64,000 nucleotides of DNA from Phormidesmis sp. (GCA_965248535.1 CBDFJR010000005.1:832001-896000), one strand, 5' to 3'. Positions 31,595 to 43,397 are shown, counted from the first letter of the stretch. Notes: a model not told the origin generated them from the sequence alone. Numbers and translations: made by a program.

Positions 31595-31987
31595 GTAACA
31601 TTGGTAACCTGCGTCACACGTTCTTGACGCAAACTTCCGGGGTTTTGGCGAGTCGTCTAAAGAGATTGAGGGGTATTTCCACGCAGATGAAAAAAGCCTA
31701 CACTGAGTGTAAAATATCCCAGCCATGCCCTAACTGAGGTAGATGCTTATGAACTGGGCAAGACCTATCGAGCGATCGGAAACTTAGAAAAGAGTCACAA
31801 AACCTTTCAACTAAGATCTGCTTAATTCTCTCTTCACGGGACGAACTGGAGTCGCTCACCAAAAGCATTGACAATCCTGCTCAAATGTCTTGGTGACAAT
31901 TGTTAAAGTACTATCCCTGCCGACATAGAGAGGCAGCGCAAACTACGAGTGGCTTGCGCTGCTGGTTAGCTTAGATGGAGAAATCGA

Positions 31988-34162
31988 CTATTTGATAAAC
32001 AGCATCTCCTGATATTTGGGCAAAGGCCACAGGTCATCGGCCACATCTCCCTCGATCGCATCCGCCTGTTCACGAACGTGATCCATCATTGGGCGGAGCG
32101 TTTTAGCACAGTACTGCATGTGCTCCTCGATCGTGGCAAACTCATGCTTGGCGATCGCACTGTCCAACTTGCTCACGGCATCCATCATCCGCTTCGTCAA
32201 ACCAGCGACCGTTTCGGCACTTTCCTGCTCAAACTCAATCCCGATTTGCTTCAGATTGGCAATGCTTGCAGAAAGCTCTGACAAGTAGCGGAACGCCGCA
32301 GGATAAATCACCGTTTTCGCTAGACTGATCACGAGCTTGGCTTCCATCTCAATTACCTGGATGTATTGCTCTGCATACACATCAAAGCGGCTTTCGAGTT
32401 CAGAAGCAGACAACACTCCCGTTTTTTCAAACAGTTCCTCAATATACTTCTCTTTCAAGACGGGCAACGCATCAGCGGTGGTGGGCAGGTTCAACAGCCC
32501 GCGTTCCTCGACCGCCATTTTGTGCCACGCTTCAGAGTAACCATTGCCCCCAAAGACAACGGCGCTATGTTCCTCCATAACTTCTTTTAGCACGGTGAAT
32601 GCCGCTGCCTCTAGCGCTGTCCCTTTGGCCAACTCTGCCTCTAGCTCGTCAGCGATCCAAGTGAGCGAATCGGTCAAAATCGTATTCATTGCCACCAGCG
32701 GCCCTGACACCGATTGGTTAGACCCCACCGCCCGAAACTCAAAACGGTTGCCCGTAAAGGCAAAGGGTGACGTGCGATTGCGATCGCCCGGATCTTTGGG
32801 AAACTCTGGCAGGGTCAAGACCCCTAAACTCATCACACCTGCGTGAGCAGAGCTTTTGACCTCTCCCTGCTTAATTTGGTCAAACACATCTTCAAGCTGG
32901 CTGCCCAGATAGACTGAAATGATCGCGGGGGGGGCTTCATTGGCACCGAGTCGATGGTCATTGCTTGCAGTCGCTACAACGGCGCGCAGCAAGGGGCCAT
33001 ATTTGTGAACTCCTCGAATCACCGCTCCGCAAAATAGCAAAAATTGCAGATTAGTGTGGGGGGTGTCACCGGGATCAAGCAGATTGCCCTGAGTCGCATT
33101 GCCCACCGACCAATTGACGTGCTTCCCAGACCCGTTAATGCCTGCAAAAGGCTTTTCGTGCAGCAGACAGATAAAGCCGTGTTTTTTGGCCGTGTTTCTG
33201 AGAATGGTCATCGTCATCTGCTGGTGGTCGCTGGCCACGTTCGCCGCTTCAAAAAATGGAGCTAGCTCAAATTGACCGGGGGCCACTTCGTTATGTCGGG
33301 TTTTTGCCGGAATGCCCAGTCGATACATCCGCTCTTCGACATCTTGCATGAAGACTTGAACCCGCTCTGGAATTGCGCCAAAGTAGTGATCGTCAAACTG
33401 CTGCCCTTTAGCGGCAGGTCGCCCAAACAACGTTCTGCCTGTCAACAAGATATCTGGGCGGCTGTGGGCAAAATGAGCATCTACTAAGAAATATTCTTGC
33501 TCTGCCCCACAGCTAGAGTTGACGGTTGCCACGTCTGAGTGCCCCAACAGTTTCAGCAATCGGGTTGCCGCTTTGCTCATCGCCGCATTGGAGCGAAGCA
33601 AGGGCGTTTTCTTGTCTAGGGCTTCCCCTGTCCACGAAATGAACACGGTGGGAATGCACAACGTCACCCCATTATCGGTTTCCATCACGTAGGCGGGGCT
33701 GGTGACATCCCAAGCGGTGTAGCCACGAGCTTCAAACGTAGAGCGAATGCCGCCATTAGGGAAAGATGAGCCATCGGGTTCGCCTTGCACTAGCACTTTG
33801 CCAGCAAACTCAGTGATGGCCGAGCCGTCGCTTTGCACTGAGATGAAGCCATCGTGCTTTTCAGCGGTGATGTTGGTCATCGGATAGAAAACGTGAGCGT
33901 AATAGAGTGCGCCTTTGGAAATCGCCCAGTCTTTCATGGCTGCGGCGACGATTCCGGCGACAGACACATCTAGCTTTCCGCCTGTCTGAAGGGTGCTCTT
34001 GATTGACTTAAACACGTCTTTGGGCAGACATGCCTGCATCTTGTTGAGGGTGAACACATCAGTTGCCCAGAGTTCTTCTAAGCGACTGGGCGTTTTGGGG
34101 GGAAGCTTTTCGCGATCGGTGACTTGGCAAATTGCCTGAAAGCGAAGTTCATTACCACTCAT
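31988..34162 (-). CDS. glnN: glutamine synthetase type III
   Basis: AEKHDGF, GEPDGSSFPNGGIRSTFEARGYT, HEKPFAGINGSGKH, HRLGANEAPP, DRNRTSPFAFTGNRFEFRA. Confidence 0.96.
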   Translation of the reverse strand: MSGNELRFQAICQVTDREKLPPKTPSRLEELWATDVFTLNKMQACLPKDVFKSIKSTLQTGGKLDVSVAGIVAAAMKDWAISKGALYYAHVFYPMTNITAEKHDGFISVQSDGSAITEFAGKVLVQGEPDGSSFPNGGIRSTFEARGYTAWDVTSPAYVMETDNGVTLCIPTVFISWTGEALDKKTPLLRSNAAMSKAATRLLKLLGHSDVATVNSSCGAEQEYFLVDAHFAHSRPDILLTGRTLFGRPAAKGQQFDDHYFGAIPERVQVFMQDVEERMYRLGIPAKTRHNEVAPGQFELAPFFEAANVASDHQQMTMTILRNTAKKHGFICLLHEKPFAGINGSGKHVNWSVGNATQGNLLDPGDTPHTNLQFLLFCGAVIRGVHKYGPLLRAVVATASNDHRLGANEAPPAIISVYLGSQLEDVFDQIKQGEVKSSAHAGVMSLGVLTLPEFPKDPGDRNRTSPFAFTGNRFEFRAVGSNQSVSGPLVAMNTILTDSLTWIADELEAELAKGTALEAAAFTVLKEVMEEHSAVVFGGNGYSEAWHKMAVEERGLLNLPTTADALPVLKEKYIEELFEKTGVLSASELESRFDVYAEQYIQVIEMEAKLVISLAKTVIYPAAFRYLSELSASIANLKQIGIEFEQESAETVAGLTKRMMDAVSKLDSAIAKHEFATIEEHMQYCAKTLRPMMDHVREQADAIEGDVADDLWPLPKYQEMLFIK

Positions 34163-34232
34163 AGTTGTCGTTCCTTTAGAAATAAAATCAAAAACAGGGG
34201 GATGACCAGAACGGTTTCTCGACCGCTTGCTA

Positions 34233-35186
34233 TCAGTAAACGTGGGGGACGAAGAACTGCTCGTTGCGCGGCGGCCTCACATAGTCATGAGCAGACTTTC
34301 GCGGCGGCAGTTCGAGTGGGTCTGGGGTCATATCCACATAGGGAATTTTGCTGATAAAGTGACTGATGCAGTTGAGGCGGGCGCGTTTTTTGTCGTCGGC
34401 TTCAACCGTAAACCAGGGTGCTTCAGGAATGTTGGTGCGAGCAAACATGGTGTCTTTGGCTTGGGAATATTCTACCCAGCGATCGCGAGACTCCAAATCC
34501 ATCGGGCTGAGTTTCCATCGGCGGGCGGGATCGATCGTGCGAGATTGAAACCGCCGCTCTTGCTCGTCATCACTCACTGAGAACCAATACTTCAGCAAAA
34601 TGATCCCAGACCTAACCAACATTCGCTCAAATTCGGGACAGGTTTGCAGGAATTCTAGATACTGTTCGTCGGTGCAAAACCCCATGACATGCTCGACTCC
34701 GGCGCGGTTATACCAACTGCGATCGAAGCAGACAATTTCGCCTGCTGCGGGCAGATGGGGCACATAGCGCTGGAAGTACCACTCGGTTTTTTCACGATCG
34801 CTGGGGGTTCCCAAAGCGACAACTCGACAGCCTCGCGGGTTGAGCGGCTCGGTGATGCGCTTAATCGTGCCACCCTTTCCTGCGGCATCGCGCCCTTCAA
34901 ACAAAATGACAATTCGGGTGCCTGTATGTTTTGCCCAGTACTGCACCTTCACCAGTTCTACTTGCAGTCGGGCGAGTTCTTTCTCGTATTCTTTGTTGGA
35001 GAACTTTGACTTGCTTTCCTGCTTAGAGGCGGGTAGGTAAGTCTCTTGCGATGGGCTATTGTCAGACTTGTGGCGCTTGTGATGCTTCTTCTTTTTTTTC
35101 TTTGCGGTCAAACTAGCTAATGATGGAGTGAGAAGCGCTGCAATGGGGTTTGCAGAATGCTCACCATTCATAGGGTCGGATTCCAC
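34233..35186 (-). CDS. ppk2: polyphosphate kinase 2
   Basis: FEGRDAAGKGG, WYFQRY, FDRSWYNR; probable GTG start at 35186 after GGAG (ATG alternative 35171). Confidence 0.93.
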   Translation of the reverse strand: MESDPMNGEHSANPIAALLTPSLASLTAKKKKKKHHKRHKSDNSPSQETYLPASKQESKSKFSNKEYEKELARLQVELVKVQYWAKHTGTRIVILFEGRDAAGKGGTIKRITEPLNPRGCRVVALGTPSDREKTEWYFQRYVPHLPAAGEIVCFDRSWYNRAGVEHVMGFCTDEQYLEFLQTCPEFERMLVRSGIILLKYWFSVSDDEQERRFQSRTIDPARRWKLSPMDLESRDRWVEYSQAKDTMFARTNIPEAPWFTVEADDKKRARLNCISHFISKIPYVDMTPDPLELPPRKSAHDYVRPPRNEQFFVPHVY

Positions 35187-35320
35187 AGTGATTCTCCAAT
35201 GACTGAAATGACTACGAGACAGATAACAACAAACCAATCATATTAGAGAAACATCAGCTTTAAGAAAACCCGCTGGGTAGTGACAAGAGGCTGATGGAAG
35301 GCAGTCTGTTGTTCCGACTC

Positions 35321-35362
35321 ATCTTAAGAATAGAGAATCAAGATATTTGTATCAGACAGTAC
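35321..35362 (-). promoter_or_regulatory. NtcA-activated promoter for ppk2-glnN
   Basis: GTAtcagacagTAC at 35349-35362 with TAAGAT on the minus strand (35321-35326) exactly 22 nt away. Confidence 0.7.
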
Positions 35363-35506
35363 AGTAGTCGATAAAAGCTAGAAAACTTGTCCAAAATGTC
35401 CTCAAGATAACTTAACAGAACTCTACTTAAAGTCGAATTGACACGTCTGTCAGCGCTATGTGGGATACCAGTTTCAGCAAAACTGTCTAGAACAGTGGAC
35501 AAAATT

Positions 35507-35549
35507 TGTATCTACAGATACAGCCCAATGAATTTTAGTCATTGAAGAT
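35507..35549 (+). promoter_or_regulatory. NtcA site/promoter for the APC permease-PII operon
   Basis: Near-perfect palindrome TGTATCtacaGATACA 35507-35522; GAAGAT 22 nt after TAC is an imperfect -10. Confidence 0.65.
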
Positions 35550-35584
35550 ATTGTCTAAAATATCGAGAGATGTAGCTGTTAGAC

Positions 35585-37156
35585 ATGACTCAATCAAACA
35601 GTGAACTGAAACCTACGCTTGGGCTAGTAGGGATTACGATCAATGCGATGGCGTTGATTGCACCAGGCGCTTTTTTATGGACAACTTACCAACTACAAGC
35701 TCCTCCCGATTCTGCCAAAAATATGTGGGCAGCGATCGCCCTCGCTACTTGCATTGCTCTGCTGACAGCCAGTTGCTATGCTACGCTCTCTAAGGCTTAC
35801 CCTGAGGCAGGTGCAGGCAGTTCTTACTACTACGCTGAGGCAGCAATCTTAGCAAAAGAAGAGCACAAGCATTTTCGGTTAGCTCGTTTGGCAAAGTTTG
35901 TCACGGGTTGGGCCGCGCACCTCTACTACTGGGTTTACCCCGGCATCATGATTGGCTTCATGGGAACGCTAATCGTTTACATTGGGCAATTGTTCAATCC
36001 TGATTTTGCCTCAGATTGGTTTAGTAAAACCTTGATTTGCTTTGTTTTTGCTGGGCTAGTCGGCAGCATTGCAATGATTGGTGTAACGGGATCGACGCTG
36101 GTTAACATTATTATTAACGTTGTTCAAATCACTTCGCTAGTGTTTCTAGGGCTGTTGATGATTTTGTATCGATTGGGTCATCCTAGCGTTGTCTATGAAC
36201 ATACAAATGCGATCAGCGTTGTGATTCCTCACGATTTGCTGGGGTTGATTTATCAGGCTACGATCGCCATTCTTCTGGTGGTTGGGTTTGAATCTGCAAC
36301 GGCGATGGCAGGAGAGGCAGTCAACCCTCAGCGCGACATTCCGCGAGGTGTGATTCTGTCGCTGTTCATTCAGGCTTGTATCTGCTACTTTTTTGAGTAT
36401 TTCTCAGCCAACTTCTTCATCGGTGATCAATATACAGCGATCGTAGACGGCAAGACCGTGACCGGATTTGCCGCAGCCTTCGCGTCGGGTGCGCCGATCG
36501 GGGATATTGCAAAGATTTTGGGCGACACCCTATTGTTTGGCAACGGCTTTCTATTGCAAATTGTGATCGCTAGCACTGTCGTGATGGCCCTGATTGGAAC
36601 GGCCCTCTCGGCCCTGTCAACCGGAGTGCGGATTAGTTATGCAATGGGCAGCGATCGCGAGTTGCCAGCCGTGTTTGGATTCTTGCATGGTCGCTACAAC
36701 ACTCCTCACATTGGGATCTACTTTCTAACCGGACTGTCGGCTTTGATCGGGGCTTATGCAGTGCAGAGTGTCGATAATGTCACGATTGTCACGCTGGTCT
36801 CTAACATTGGCACGTTTATGCTCTATGGCATTACTTGCGGGGTAACGTTGATTGCAACGCTCAAGCACTTGCTAGACGAAGAGCATAATCCGTTCACCAC
36901 GATCGTCATTCCCATCTTGGGCTTGGGGGCAAATCTATTTATGGTTTGCGGCATCTTTTACTACGGACTCACAGGAGCAGGGAGCGCTAAGACTAATTCG
37001 ATCACCGCGATCGGAGTTTCGGTCGCCTTTTTTGTCGCCGGATTTGCTTATTTAATTGGCGACAGTTTGCTCAAAGGCAAACCTCTGTTTTTGCCGACTG
37101 ATTTGAGCCATCCTTTGCGCGATCGTGCTGTTGCCTCTAAAGTGACTAAACCATAA
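35585..37156 (+). CDS. APC-superfamily amino acid/amine permease
   Basis: About 12 TM helices, LIAPGA in TM1, YPEAGAGSSY, VGFES..AMAGE..NPQRDIPR, RISYAMG.DRELP..FG.LH.RY.TP. Confidence 0.9.
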   Translation: MTQSNSELKPTLGLVGITINAMALIAPGAFLWTTYQLQAPPDSAKNMWAAIALATCIALLTASCYATLSKAYPEAGAGSSYYYAEAAILAKEEHKHFRLARLAKFVTGWAAHLYYWVYPGIMIGFMGTLIVYIGQLFNPDFASDWFSKTLICFVFAGLVGSIAMIGVTGSTLVNIIINVVQITSLVFLGLLMILYRLGHPSVVYEHTNAISVVIPHDLLGLIYQATIAILLVVGFESATAMAGEAVNPQRDIPRGVILSLFIQACICYFFEYFSANFFIGDQYTAIVDGKTVTGFAAAFASGAPIGDIAKILGDTLLFGNGFLLQIVIASTVVMALIGTALSALSTGVRISYAMGSDRELPAVFGFLHGRYNTPHIGIYFLTGLSALIGAYAVQSVDNVTIVTLVSNIGTFMLYGITCGVTLIATLKHLLDEEHNPFTTIVIPILGLGANLFMVCGIFYYGLTGAGSAKTNSITAIGVSVAFFVAGFAYLIGDSLLKGKPLFLPTDLSHPLRDRAVASKVTKP

Positions 37157-37215
37157 TTAGCGTTCAGCCCACTCTTGAAAGACTCTAGACTATCTACCCA
37201 TTGATACCAGTCATC

Positions 37216-37611
37216 ATGAATTTAATTCTTGCCATTATCCAGCCCAATAAACTGGATGCCGTGAAAGAAGCGTTGGTTCACCTTGGAATTCAGGGCATGA
37301 CCGTCACAGGCGCAAAGGGCTTTGGGCGGCAAAAAGGTCGCCCACTAGCGTTCCTCGGACTCATCAATATGGAAGGGAAGCCCTTCACCGTTGATTTTGT
37401 GCCCAAAGTTAGAATTGAAATGGTCGTAAACGATGACATTACCGATGCTGTCGTTGATACGATCGTCAAAGCTGCCCGAACAGACACCGTTGGGGATGGT
37501 AAGTTGTTCGTGATCCCGGTGAGCAGAGCAGTTCGCATTCGGACGGGCGAAGAAAACGAAGCCGCCTTGACGATCGAGGAACCCGCCACTGTTAACGAGA
37601 AATTTCCCTAG
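37216..37611 (+). CDS. PII-family signal protein paralog with non-canonical T-loop
   Basis: AII.P.KLD.VK.AL, GMTV, GFGRQKG, ARTD.VGDGKLFV.P, RIRTGE. Confidence 0.9.
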   Translation: MNLILAIIQPNKLDAVKEALVHLGIQGMTVTGAKGFGRQKGRPLAFLGLINMEGKPFTVDFVPKVRIEMVVNDDITDAVVDTIVKAARTDTVGDGKLFVIPVSRAVRIRTGEENEAALTIEEPATVNEKFP

Positions 37612-37617
37612 GAACGA

Positions 37618-37941
37618 ATGGTTCAATCCCTCTTCTTTTTTGTGCTGGCCGGGCTGTGTGAGATCGGCGGGGGCTACTTGTTTTGGCTATGGCTGCGGGA
37701 GGGAAAAAGCGCTTGGCTAGCCCTGATTGGGGTGATTGTGCTAGCCATTTATGGAGTTTTGCCTACGCTGCAACCTGCTAGCTTTAGCCGGGCTTATGCA
37801 GCCTATGGCGGTGTTTTTATCGTCTTGTCGCTGCTGTGGGGCTGGGCCGTCGAGCGAACTGCACCTGACAAATATGATTGGTTGGGGGCATGGCTGGCGC
37901 TTCTGGGCGTTTTAGTCATCATGTATGCCCCTCGACGGTAG
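37618..37941 (+). CDS. ynfA: YnfA (UPF0060) small membrane protein
   Basis: [33 protein letters not shown]. Confidence 0.9.
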   Translation: MVQSLFFFVLAGLCEIGGGYLFWLWLREGKSAWLALIGVIVLAIYGVLPTLQPASFSRAYAAYGGVFIVLSLLWGWAVERTAPDKYDWLGAWLALLGVLVIMYAPRR

Positions 37942-38083
37942 CTATCGAACGGTCAAAATTAGCGTTATCAGAGTTTTTGGGTTTACTGCGATCGTGGGTC
38001 AGCTACTCCTTACCTGCGATCGTTTTTTTGTCAGAACTTGCTGACATTTTTTGTGCTGCTCCTTTTTTTGTCTAGCAAATAGG

Positions 38084-38104
38084 TAAAATAGTAGTGAAAG
38101 ATAC
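38084..38104 (+). promoter_or_regulatory. -10 box immediately followed by an NtcA-like site (repressor geometry)
   Basis: TAAAAT 38084-38089 then GTAgtgaaagaTAC 38091-38104. Confidence 0.4.
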
Positions 38105-38134
38105 AGAAAAATCCTGAGTTTTGAAAGTTGACCC

Positions 38135-38653
38135 ATGCTAAATACCGTTCTGACCCAGCGCCGACAGGTAATCAAGACGTTTTCTAGTCGTGAAGCGGCG
38201 GGACAAGCGTTCGACCACCTCGTTTTTTCAGGTTTGTCGATCGCGCAGATTTTCCTATTGGGTCATGGATTGGACAAAACCTATCCCTATCCCAATCTCC
38301 CTGCCAACCCGCATGGCACAATCACAGGCACCGCAACAGGACTCAAGAAAGGACTTTTGATGGGCAATCTTGCCGGGGGTGCAACCGGGTTGTTGTTGGG
38401 CCTTGGGCTGATCGCCCTGCCGGGGGTGGGTTCACTGCTGCTATCTTCTGCGATCGCCTTTGTCTTAATCAGCGGTGGGATTGGCACAGCAGCGGGTGGC
38501 TTGACAGGTGCATTAATTGGCTTAGGACTCACCTCAGATCAAGCCAAAGCCTACAGTCAGCAGGTTTCTAGCGGCAGTGTTTTGCTGATGGTAGAAGGCA
38601 CCCAGCAGAATATTGATCGGGCTAAACTTTTGCTCAACTCCTTTATTCAGTGA
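38135..38653 (+). CDS. general stress protein-like glycine-zipper membrane protein
   Basis: TF.SREAA.QA...L, GG.TGLLLGLG.IALPGVG, GALIGLG...AKAY...V..G.VLLMVEG. Confidence 0.75.
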   Translation: MLNTVLTQRRQVIKTFSSREAAGQAFDHLVFSGLSIAQIFLLGHGLDKTYPYPNLPANPHGTITGTATGLKKGLLMGNLAGGATGLLLGLGLIALPGVGSLLLSSAIAFVLISGGIGTAAGGLTGALIGLGLTSDQAKAYSQQVSSGSVLLMVEGTQQNIDRAKLLLNSFIQ

Positions 38654-38657
38654 CGGT

Positions 38658-39242
38658 TTAGACTCTACCCAAGCGATCGAAGGGATAAAATCGCAGCCAG
38701 GCGCGGCCGATAATGTTGGCTTTTGGCAAAAACCCCCAAACGTGAGAATCATTGCTGTTGTTGCGGTTATCGCCCATGACAAAAAACATATCTTCAGGAA
38801 TCACCACTGCATTCATCAAATAGTCCGGCGACTCTGCAATATAAGGTTCTTGAAGAGGCTGATTATCGACGAAAACCTGACTGTTTTTAACGGCGACCGT
38901 TTGCCCAGGTTGCCCAATGATCCGCTTGATGAATGCTTGATCTCTCTTATATCCTTGTTGCTGTAACTGAGGGGGTGGATCAAACACCACAATGTCACCT
39001 AATTTAGGCGCATGAAGATGATAGGAAATCTTTTCAACAACTAAGCGATCGCCAACTTGCAACGTCGGCACCATCGAATCTGAGGGAATAAAGCGGGGTT
39101 CTGCCACATAAGCCCGAACGAGAAGCGCCAAAACCAGCGCCACAGCGAGAATCTGAAGGTTTTCCCACAGCGCATTTGATTTTGATGGGGGTTGGGCAGC
39201 GATCGCAGCAGTCTTGGGTTCCGTTGTGGGGTCAGAGGTCAT
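38658..39242 (-). CDS. lepB: signal peptidase I
   Basis: PSDSMVPTL..GDR, FIKRIIG.PG, MGDNRNNSNDS. Confidence 0.95.
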   Translation of the reverse strand: MTSDPTTEPKTAAIAAQPPSKSNALWENLQILAVALVLALLVRAYVAEPRFIPSDSMVPTLQVGDRLVVEKISYHLHAPKLGDIVVFDPPPQLQQQGYKRDQAFIKRIIGQPGQTVAVKNSQVFVDNQPLQEPYIAESPDYLMNAVVIPEDMFFVMGDNRNNSNDSHVWGFLPKANIIGRAWLRFYPFDRLGRV

Positions 39243-39498
39243 GAGTTGAGGTTAAGCGAACGCTTCCTAGTCTATCAAGACCACCGGACAACTGCGACTA
39301 TCAACCGCGAGGAGGTAGGCAACTGGTTAGAATCATGAATATGCCAATTTCTCAGATATCCCCGTATCCGACAAAGAGCCAAGCTAGAGAAGAACTAGAT
39401 AACCTGAAAAGTTCAAAGCTTAAATCCTTCAGAAGTCGGGAACGCTAAATCTAACGATTGATGATCTAACGCCCACCTCTAAAATTAACGGAGGCCCT

Positions 39499-40287
39499 AT
39501 GCCACTGACGCTCAAAATTTTGACTCAAACCGTTTTCAAGAGAAAACCGATTCAGTCATCAGAACTGCCTGAAGACCTTAAGCAGCCTGTTCAAACTGGC
39601 AGAGAGTTTGAGCTTGACTCGTTCGACGTTGAACGCGATCATGCGAGATGCTTCTTGTCTAAAGACACCTTCAAAGACACCAATGTTTGGTATGTCTTCG
39701 GCAAACATGCAGAGATTAGAAGAGAGGGCGATCGTGTCTTTCCCAAATCCATTCCTGCCACCATCAAGCTCGATATTCCTTATAAATCTCAGCGAGATAA
39801 TGAGCTAAACCCCAATGGGGCCTGCAATGTGACCTCCCTCGCCATGTGCTTTGAGTTTCTGGGCATTCAACACAAAACTAGTGTGGGTCAGTTTGAAGAC
39901 GAACTCTATGATTATGCAGAAACCAATGGGTTAAGTCGTCACGATCCTCACGATCTTGCGGTGATTGTTGAACGCTATGGGGCACGCGACGATTTTAGAG
40001 CCGATGCCACGATCGCTCAAGTCAAAGAATGGCTGTCAGATGGCAAACCTGCGGTCATTCACGGATATTTTACTGATTTCGGTCATGTGGTCGTGCTCGC
40101 GGGCTTTGACGAAAACGGTTTCATCGTCAACGATCCCTATGGCGAATGGTATTCGTGGGGCTACGATCGCAACGCCCTTGGTTTAGAAGACAACAAAGGA
40201 AAATTCGTCCACTATTCCTACAGCATGATCACTCAACTGTGCATCCCAGATGGCAACTTCTGGGTCCACTTTATCTCTAAGGCGTGA
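39499..40287 (+). CDS. C39-like peptidase with N-terminal cyanobacterial accessory domain
   Basis: Y.SQRDN, CNVTSLAM, GHVVVLAG, VNDPYG (Cys-His-Asp). Confidence 0.85.
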   Translation: MPLTLKILTQTVFKRKPIQSSELPEDLKQPVQTGREFELDSFDVERDHARCFLSKDTFKDTNVWYVFGKHAEIRREGDRVFPKSIPATIKLDIPYKSQRDNELNPNGACNVTSLAMCFEFLGIQHKTSVGQFEDELYDYAETNGLSRHDPHDLAVIVERYGARDDFRADATIAQVKEWLSDGKPAVIHGYFTDFGHVVVLAGFDENGFIVNDPYGEWYSWGYDRNALGLEDNKGKFVHYSYSMITQLCIPDGNFWVHFISKA

Positions 40288-41146
40288 CAAATCTCATGCT
40301 TAAGTCTAGCCACGGCGATCGGGTAACTGGAGCACTGCTGGAAATGTAGTCCACTCCAGTTTCGGCGATCGCCCGAATCGTCTCGATTGTCACATTCCCC
40401 GAAGCTTCGATCTTAATCCGCTCATTGCTTTGCCGAATTCTCTGCACCGCAACATGCATCAAATCAAGCGGCATATTATCCAACATAATAATGTCTGCCT
40501 GATGCTGCAACGCTTCTTCAACCTGATCTAAACCTTCTGTCTCAACCTCGATTGATAAAGGATAAGGAATGTGAGATCGGACTTGCGCGATCGCTGCTCC
40601 AATTCCTCCCGCCGCCGCGATGTGATTGTCTTTGATCATGACGGCATCGTCCAACCCCATACGATGATTGACGGCTCCTCCCAATTGAGTCGCATACTTT
40701 TCCAACAGTCGCAACCCCGGTGTTGTCTTTCGAGTATCGACCAGCCGAGCCGGAAGATCTTCAATTTTCTCTACATATTGGCGGGTCATGGTTGCAATGC
40801 CGCTTAATCGCATCGCCAAGTTGAGGGCCACCCGTTCTCCAGTCAGCAAAGCGCCAAACGGGCCGGAGATTTCGGCGATCGGCTGACCTTTCTGACAAGT
40901 GTCTCCTTCTTCCACCAGAGCTTTAAAGCTAACGGTTTGATCTAATAGGTAGAAGACTCTGGCAGCGATCGACAATCCTGCAATAACCCCCCCTTCTTTA
41001 GCACTCCACACTGCGTGATTCTGTCGGGTGCTAGAAAACAGGCTTTGAGTCGTGCGATCCCCCCGTCCAATATCTTCTATGAGCCAGTCTTGGAGAGAGC
41101 GATCAAGAATAATGAAAGCTGGTAACACAGCAGTTGAAGCGTTCAT
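40277..41146 (-). CDS. nadC: nicotinate-nucleotide pyrophosphorylase (carboxylating)
   Basis: EDIGRGD, ERVALN, DTRKTTPGLR, NHRMGL, IKDNH, IMLDN. Confidence 0.96.
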   Translation of the reverse strand: MNASTAVLPAFIILDRSLQDWLIEDIGRGDRTTQSLFSSTRQNHAVWSAKEGGVIAGLSIAARVFYLLDQTVSFKALVEEGDTCQKGQPIAEISGPFGALLTGERVALNLAMRLSGIATMTRQYVEKIEDLPARLVDTRKTTPGLRLLEKYATQLGGAVNHRMGLDDAVMIKDNHIAAAGGIGAAIAQVRSHIPYPLSIEVETEGLDQVEEALQHQADIIMLDNMPLDLMHVAVQRIRQSNERIKIEASGNVTIETIRAIAETGVDYISSSAPVTRSPWLDLSMRFVTP

Positions 41147-41399
41147 GGCAGTCCCGATGCTAACGCAGCCCTCTCAATAACCTATAAATTGTCTCTTAGA
41201 TTGTGACTGCCTAGATATATTAAGAGCGCTCATAGCACCACAGCTAAAAGGAGATTCTTGGTTGATTGCAGAGATTACTTTGTGACGATCGATCCAGTAC
41301 AAGCCTACGAACGGCGTTGATTTTTGAAGGCTCAACGCTCTTCAAACCCTGACCAGGTAATTGTTTTAGCCTTTCTTACTTATTTCCCCAATTTTCCCC

Positions 41400-41428
41400 T
41401 TGACAAGTTCAGTTGGGGTTGTTATATT
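41400..41428 (+). promoter_or_regulatory. rRNA operon promoter
   Basis: TTGACA-17 nt-TATATT. Confidence 0.75.
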
Positions 41429-41664
41429 AGTCAAGCGGGTGAGAGGAACGGATGCGAAAGCGGAGGTTCTTCCCGCGTAGAACCAAGACAATTGCATAGT
41501 TTAGAAGTCATAATAGCACTTAAACCTCGTCAAAGCAAATTGATTTAGGGTAGCTACTTCGGTAGTGCTTTAAGGGTTAAAGAGTCGAAGAGGTTTGCTG
41601 GTCAGTTAATTCTGACTAGATAGAATCTTATTTCGTGAGCTGAAACAAGCTCCGTGTATTAAAC

Positions 41665-43157
<1,493 letters not shown>

Positions 43158-43310
43158 TAGGGAGACCTACCCGTTTCGACTTGAAGATTCAAAGTCCAGT
43201 CAATTTCGATTGCTTGGAAGATTGAGTCATTAGAGAAGAGACTGGTCATCCCAAGGTCGTTCGAGGATTAAGTGTTGACTTCTAAGCTATGTGAGATTGG
43301 TTCGGGTTAT

Positions 43311-43384
<74 letters not shown>

Positions 43385-43397
43385 CCTTTTGAAACGA

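Noticed and set aside
31740..31900. Possible TPR-like gene remnant (YELGKTYRAIGNLEKS) between the asparaginase gene and glnN
   Set aside because: Too short and without a start or clear family motif to support.
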